A program made the translations under genes and the position numbers. The notes under the pieces were generated by a model. It was not told where the DNA came from. It did no database searches and saw only the letters and a program-made list of their open reading frames with translations. This document shows, piece by piece, positions 60,149 through 64,000 of a stretch of DNA of 64,000 nucleotides (position 1 is its first letter; each line of letters starts with the position of its first letter). Source of the DNA: Gammaproteobacteria bacterium. GTDB lineage: Bacteria; Pseudomonadota; Gammaproteobacteria; Natronospirales; REEB76. Where the stretch lies: the NCBI GenBank assembly GCA_036000105.1, contig DASYGE010000007.1:100793-164792 (forward strand), written 5' to 3'.

Positions 60149-61405
60149 GTGTTCTGCGTGCGGGGATCGAAACTCTTGATGGCAGCTCTGCTGCTAGCCC
60201 CCCCTTTCGCTCTGGGCGCTTCGGCTCCCGTGGAGCTTGATGCCCTGCGGCTGGACGCGACTCCTGCCCGTACCGAACTCGTCCTGTCTCTCTCCGCGGT
60301 CACCGAACACAGCCTCTTCACCTTGGTCCACCCGGACCGCATCGTCATAGACGTGGATAACGCCGCTCTCAAAGCTGCTTTGCCTGCGGGGCAAGGCATC
60401 GTGAGTGCGCTGCGCAGCGGCATGCACGACAACAATTTGCGCCTGGTGCTGGATCTCAGCGGCCACGCCACGCCCCGCAGCATCCTGCGTCAGGGTGCCA
60501 GCGGACCGGAACTGGTCATCGATCTCTATCCCGCCGGGGCGCCGGTGCTTGAGCCAGTCACGCTCGCCGCCGCTGCCCCCGCCGCCGATACCGCGAGCCT
60601 CACGCCCCCGCCGCCGGCCCACAGCCGCGACATCGTGGTGGCCATCGATGCCGGCCACGGCGGCAAGGATCCGGGTGCCCACGGTCCCCACGGCGCTATG
60701 GAGAAGAACGTCACGCTCGCGGTGGCCCGCCGGCTCGCGGAGCTGGTGGATCAGCAACCGGGTATGAAGGCCGTGCTGACCCGTGACAGCGATGTATACG
60801 TGGACCTCAAGGAACGTTTCATGCGGGCCCGTCGCGCCAATGCGGACCTCTTTGTGTCCATCCATTGCGACGCCTCCCGCGACCATAGCGCCGACGGGGC
60901 CACCGTGTACGTGGTCTCCGAGCATGGCGCCACCACCGAACATGCCAAGTTCCTCGAGCGTCAGGAGAACGACGCCCTGGTGGGCGGAGTGGATCTCAAA
61001 GGCCTTCCACCCGAGGTGAAATCCGTGGTGGTGGACATGTCCCAATCGGCGGTCATGGGCATGAGTTTCGAGGTAGGTGATAGCGTGGCGAAGCAGCTCG
61101 CCGCCATCGGCGCCATGCACCGCAACAGCGTGCAACAGGCGGGCTTCTTGGTGCTGAAAGCCCCGGACGTGCCCTCCATGCTCATCGAGACCAACTACAT
61201 CACCAATCCCCGCACCGCCAAGCTGCTCCAGTCGCCGGATTATCAGCAGCAGCTGGCCAAGGCCATCCTCACCGGCGTGGCCGCGTACTTCGACCGTTAT
61301 CCGCCGCCCGGTACCGCGCTTGCTCTGCAGAAACAGCGGGCCGGTCAGCCCCAGGATACGGCGGTGGACCGTATCGGCTACGCGGCGGACTCCGGCCGCA
61401 GATGA
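60149..61405 (+). CDS. amiC: N-acetylmuramoyl-L-alanine amidase (AMIN + Amidase_3)
   Basis: AIDAGHGGKDPGA, EK, SIHCD, LIET; start uncertain (60149, 60158 or 60179); amiB versus amiC naming uncertain. Confidence 0.85.
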   Translation: MFCVRGSKLLMAALLLAPPFALGASAPVELDALRLDATPARTELVLSLSAVTEHSLFTLVHPDRIVIDVDNAALKAALPAGQGIVSALRSGMHDNNLRLVLDLSGHATPRSILRQGASGPELVIDLYPAGAPVLEPVTLAAAAPAADTASLTPPPPAHSRDIVVAIDAGHGGKDPGAHGPHGAMEKNVTLAVARRLAELVDQQPGMKAVLTRDSDVYVDLKERFMRARRANADLFVSIHCDASRDHSADGATVYVVSEHGATTEHAKFLERQENDALVGGVDLKGLPPEVKSVVVDMSQSAVMGMSFEVGDSVAKQLAAIGAMHRNSVQQAGFLVLKAPDVPSMLIETNYITNPRTAKLLQSPDYQQQLAKAILTGVAAYFDRYPPPGTALALQKQRAGQPQDTAVDRIGYAADSGRR

Positions 61406-61523
61406 TCCAGTGCGGGTTTCCCGCGCCCGTCTGCTTGGTTGATCCGCGCTTGAAATAGCGGACCTAAGGCCCAAACTCCCATGTTGTAAGCTAGGCCTCT
61501 TTTTTAAGGCCTGCCGGACCTGC

Positions 61524-63308
61524 ATGCCCATCCGCGAACTCCCGCCCCAGCTCGTGAACCAGATCGCCGCCGGCGAAGTGGTGGAGCGGCCCGCATCCGT
61601 CATGAAGGAACTGCTGGAGAACGCCCTGGACGCCGGTGCCACCCGTGTGGAGCTGGACGTGGAGGCGGGGGGCGTGAAACTCATCCGCGTGCGCGACAAC
61701 GGTGGCGGCATCCCCCAGGATGACCTGCCCCTCGCGGTGGCGCGCCATGCCACCAGCAAGATCGGCAGCCTCGAGGACCTGGAGCGGGTCGCGACCCTGG
61801 GGTTCCGCGGTGAGGCTCTGCCCAGCATCGGTTCCGTGGCGCGCTTACAACTCACCTCCCGTACGGCGGCATCCGAACACGGCTGGCGCATCGAAGGGGA
61901 CGGCCACGGGAACTATGCGGCACCGGCGCCCGCCGCCCATGCCCCCGGCACCAGCGTGGAAGTGCGGGATCTGTTCTTCAACACCCCTGCGCGGCGCAAA
62001 TTCTTGAAGAGCGAACAGACCGAGTTCGGTCATCTGGATACGGTGGTGCGGCGCATCGCCCTCGCACGTCATGGCCTGGATCTTGAGCTGCGCCATAATG
62101 GCCGGCCCATGCTGGCGCTGCGGGGTTCCGCGGACGAGGCGGGCATCGCCCGGCGGCTGCAGGAATTAGTGGGTCCGGAATTCATCGAACACGCATTCCA
62201 TATACGCCAGATATCCGCGGGTCTAAGCCTCTCCGGCTGGCTCGCGCGCCCCACCTTCTCCCGCAGCCAGGCGGATCTCCAGTATTTCTACGTCAACGGT
62301 AGGGTGGTACGGGACAAGCTCCTGGCTCATGCCGTGCGCTTAGGCTTCCACGACGTGTTGTTCCACGGCCGGCATCCTGCTTACGTGCTGTATCTCGAAC
62401 TCGATCCGGCGCGAGTCGATGTGAACGCTCACCCGGCGAAACACGAAGTGCGATTCCGGGACAGCCGCCTGGTGCACGACTTCGTGTTCCGCACAGTGGA
62501 GGAAGCGCTGGCCGGCACCACGCCTCAGGTCGCGGGCGGCGCCATGCCCACGGTCGGACCTACCTCACAGTCTGCTCACCAGCATCCCTATAGTGATGGC
62601 CAGCGTCAGGGTTCCATGCAAGTGGGCGACATGCTCGCCGCCTACGGCGCGCTACATGGATCAGCTACCGAGATATCTCCTCCTGGATTTTCCGCGCCTA
62701 ACCTAGTGTCACCCGAATCCGGTGTACCGCCTTTAGGTTATGCCTTGGCGCAGCTGCACGGCATCTACATCCTGGCGGCCTCGCCAGAGGGTCTCGTGCT
62801 GGTGGACATGCACGCGGCCCATGAGCGCATCACCTATGAACGCATGAAAGCCGCCTTGCATCAGGGCAGCGTGGTGACCCAGCCCTTGCTCGTGCCGACA
62901 CCGGTACCTGTGAGCCGCCGTGAGGCGGATCTGGCGGAAGCCGAGGGCGAAGCGCTCGCCGCCAACGGTTTCGTGGTGGAGCGGCGCGGACCGGAGTCCC
63001 TCGCCATCCGCGAAGTGCCCGCGCTCCTGGTACGGGAAGACACGGTCAAGCTCCTGCGTGATCTCCTGGCGGACCTCGCGGAACACGGCGAGAGCCGGCG
63101 GGTGGGCGAATCCCTGGAGCGGGTGCTCGCCACCTCCGCCTGCCATACTTCCGTACGCGCACACCGGGAACTGACCCTCGCCGAGATGAACGCCTTGCTG
63201 CGCGACATGGAGCGCACGCCCCGGGCGGATCAGTGCAACCACGGCCGCCCCACCTGGACACGACTCAGTCTTCCCGAACTCGATCGGCTGTTCCTACGCG
63301 GCCGCTGA
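61524..63308 (+). CDS. mutL: DNA mismatch repair protein MutL
   Basis: [45 protein letters not shown]. Confidence 0.97.
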   Translation: MPIRELPPQLVNQIAAGEVVERPASVMKELLENALDAGATRVELDVEAGGVKLIRVRDNGGGIPQDDLPLAVARHATSKIGSLEDLERVATLGFRGEALPSIGSVARLQLTSRTAASEHGWRIEGDGHGNYAAPAPAAHAPGTSVEVRDLFFNTPARRKFLKSEQTEFGHLDTVVRRIALARHGLDLELRHNGRPMLALRGSADEAGIARRLQELVGPEFIEHAFHIRQISAGLSLSGWLARPTFSRSQADLQYFYVNGRVVRDKLLAHAVRLGFHDVLFHGRHPAYVLYLELDPARVDVNAHPAKHEVRFRDSRLVHDFVFRTVEEALAGTTPQVAGGAMPTVGPTSQSAHQHPYSDGQRQGSMQVGDMLAAYGALHGSATEISPPGFSAPNLVSPESGVPPLGYALAQLHGIYILAASPEGLVLVDMHAAHERITYERMKAALHQGSVVTQPLLVPTPVPVSRREADLAEAEGEALAANGFVVERRGPESLAIREVPALLVREDTVKLLRDLLADLAEHGESRRVGESLERVLATSACHTSVRAHRELTLAEMNALLRDMERTPRADQCNHGRPTWTRLSLPELDRLFLRGR

Positions 63309-63310
63309 CT

Positions 63311-64000
63311 TTGAAGAAGCCAGTAGCGATACTGTTGATGGGTCCGACCGCGTCGGGCAAGACCGCTCTCGCGGTGGAACTCGTGAGACATCTCGGCTGC
63401 GAGATCGTGAGCGTGGATTCCGCCATGGTCTATCGCGGCATGGACGTGGGCACCGCCAAGCCTGGGCCGGAGACCTTGGCCGTAGCGCCGCACCGGCTCA
63501 TCGACATCCTTGACCCCACCGAAAGTTATTCCGCCGCGCACTTCCGCGCCGATGCGCTCGCCGCCATGGGCGAGATCAGCGCCGCGGGGCGCATACCGCT
63601 GCTCGTCGGCGGCACCATGCTGTATTTCGACGCTTTGCAACACGGCCTGTCGGAGCTGCCTTCGGCCGATCCGCAGATCCGCGCCGCGCTGGACGCACGC
63701 GCCGCAGGCGAAGGCTGGCCGGCGTTGCACGCCGAGCTCGCGCATCTCGATCCCGTGGCTGCTGCGCGCATCCATCCCAACGATCCACAGCGCATCCAGC
63801 GTGCGCTCGAAGTTTGTTACATTTCAGGGCGTCCACTTTCGGAACTCCAGGGCCGTAGTGCGGTCGAATCGGGCGAGTACCGGTACGTCAAACTAGCGCT
63901 CGCACCAGTTGAACGTGTGGTGTTGCACGGAATAATCGAGCAGCGCTTCGGGTCCATGATGACCAAGGGGTTCCTCGAAGAAGTCGTGCACCTCAGGGGG
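63311..64000 (+). CDS. miaA: tRNA dimethylallyltransferase (partial, runs off the window)
   Basis: Hand translation from TTG 63311: [11 protein letters not shown]...[18 protein letters not shown]; VGGTMLY. Confidence 0.93.
   Translation, partial: MKKPVAILLMGPTASGKTALAVELVRHLGCEIVSVDSAMVYRGMDVGTAKPGPETLAVAPHRLIDILDPTESYSAAHFRADALAAMGEISAAGRIPLLVGGTMLYFDALQHGLSELPSADPQIRAALDARAAGEGWPALHAELAHLDPVAAARIHPNDPQRIQRALEVCYISGRPLSELQGRSAVESGEYRYVKLALAPVERVVLHGIIEQRFGSMMTKGFLEEVVHLRG

Noticed and set aside
62540-62745. Slightly lower GC in the mutL linker and the last 200 bp of miaA
   Set aside because: Only about 55-57% GC by spot counts without sharp borders; the mutL linker is a known variable region

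Overview
A GC-rich (mostly about 60-70% by spot counts) gammaproteobacterial chromosomal segment, largely housekeeping. It holds rhlE, nth-rsxB-metG/apbC-dcd, purMN, hda, wrbA/arsC, proS, ilvC-pssA-udg-rimI-prfC, moxR-DUF58-tgpA, valS-holC-pepA/lptFG, tRNA-Glu(CUC), pcnB-folK-dNK-panBCD, pgi, queG and nnr-tsaE-amiC-mutL-miaA (truncated at the window end). The accessory features are: (1) two convergent MNIO (DUF692) RiPP clusters of the bufferin type, with BufA1-like and BufA2-like Cys-rich precursors, where the second cluster ends in a translationally coupled secreted HExxH metallopeptidase instead of DoxX, has a divergent DsbA, and has no adjacent ECF sigma; (2) a sharply bounded ~470-bp AT-rich in-frame patch inside metG covering the anticodon-binding domain; (3) an orphan IlvC with two canonical catalytic residues substituted (K130N, E226C); (4) a standalone DGQHR protein; (5) a low-GC Cys-less HNH-like gene inserted between lptG and an RDD gene; (6) a phage-type 2OG-Fe(II) oxygenase fused to a SEC-C motif, next to GFA and cNMP-binding genes; (7) four copies of a nested-palindromic MITE-like repeat family, mostly starting at stop codons. 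No CRISPR array, integrase or transposase was seen. All family assignments come from motif recognition by eye; no database searches were run.
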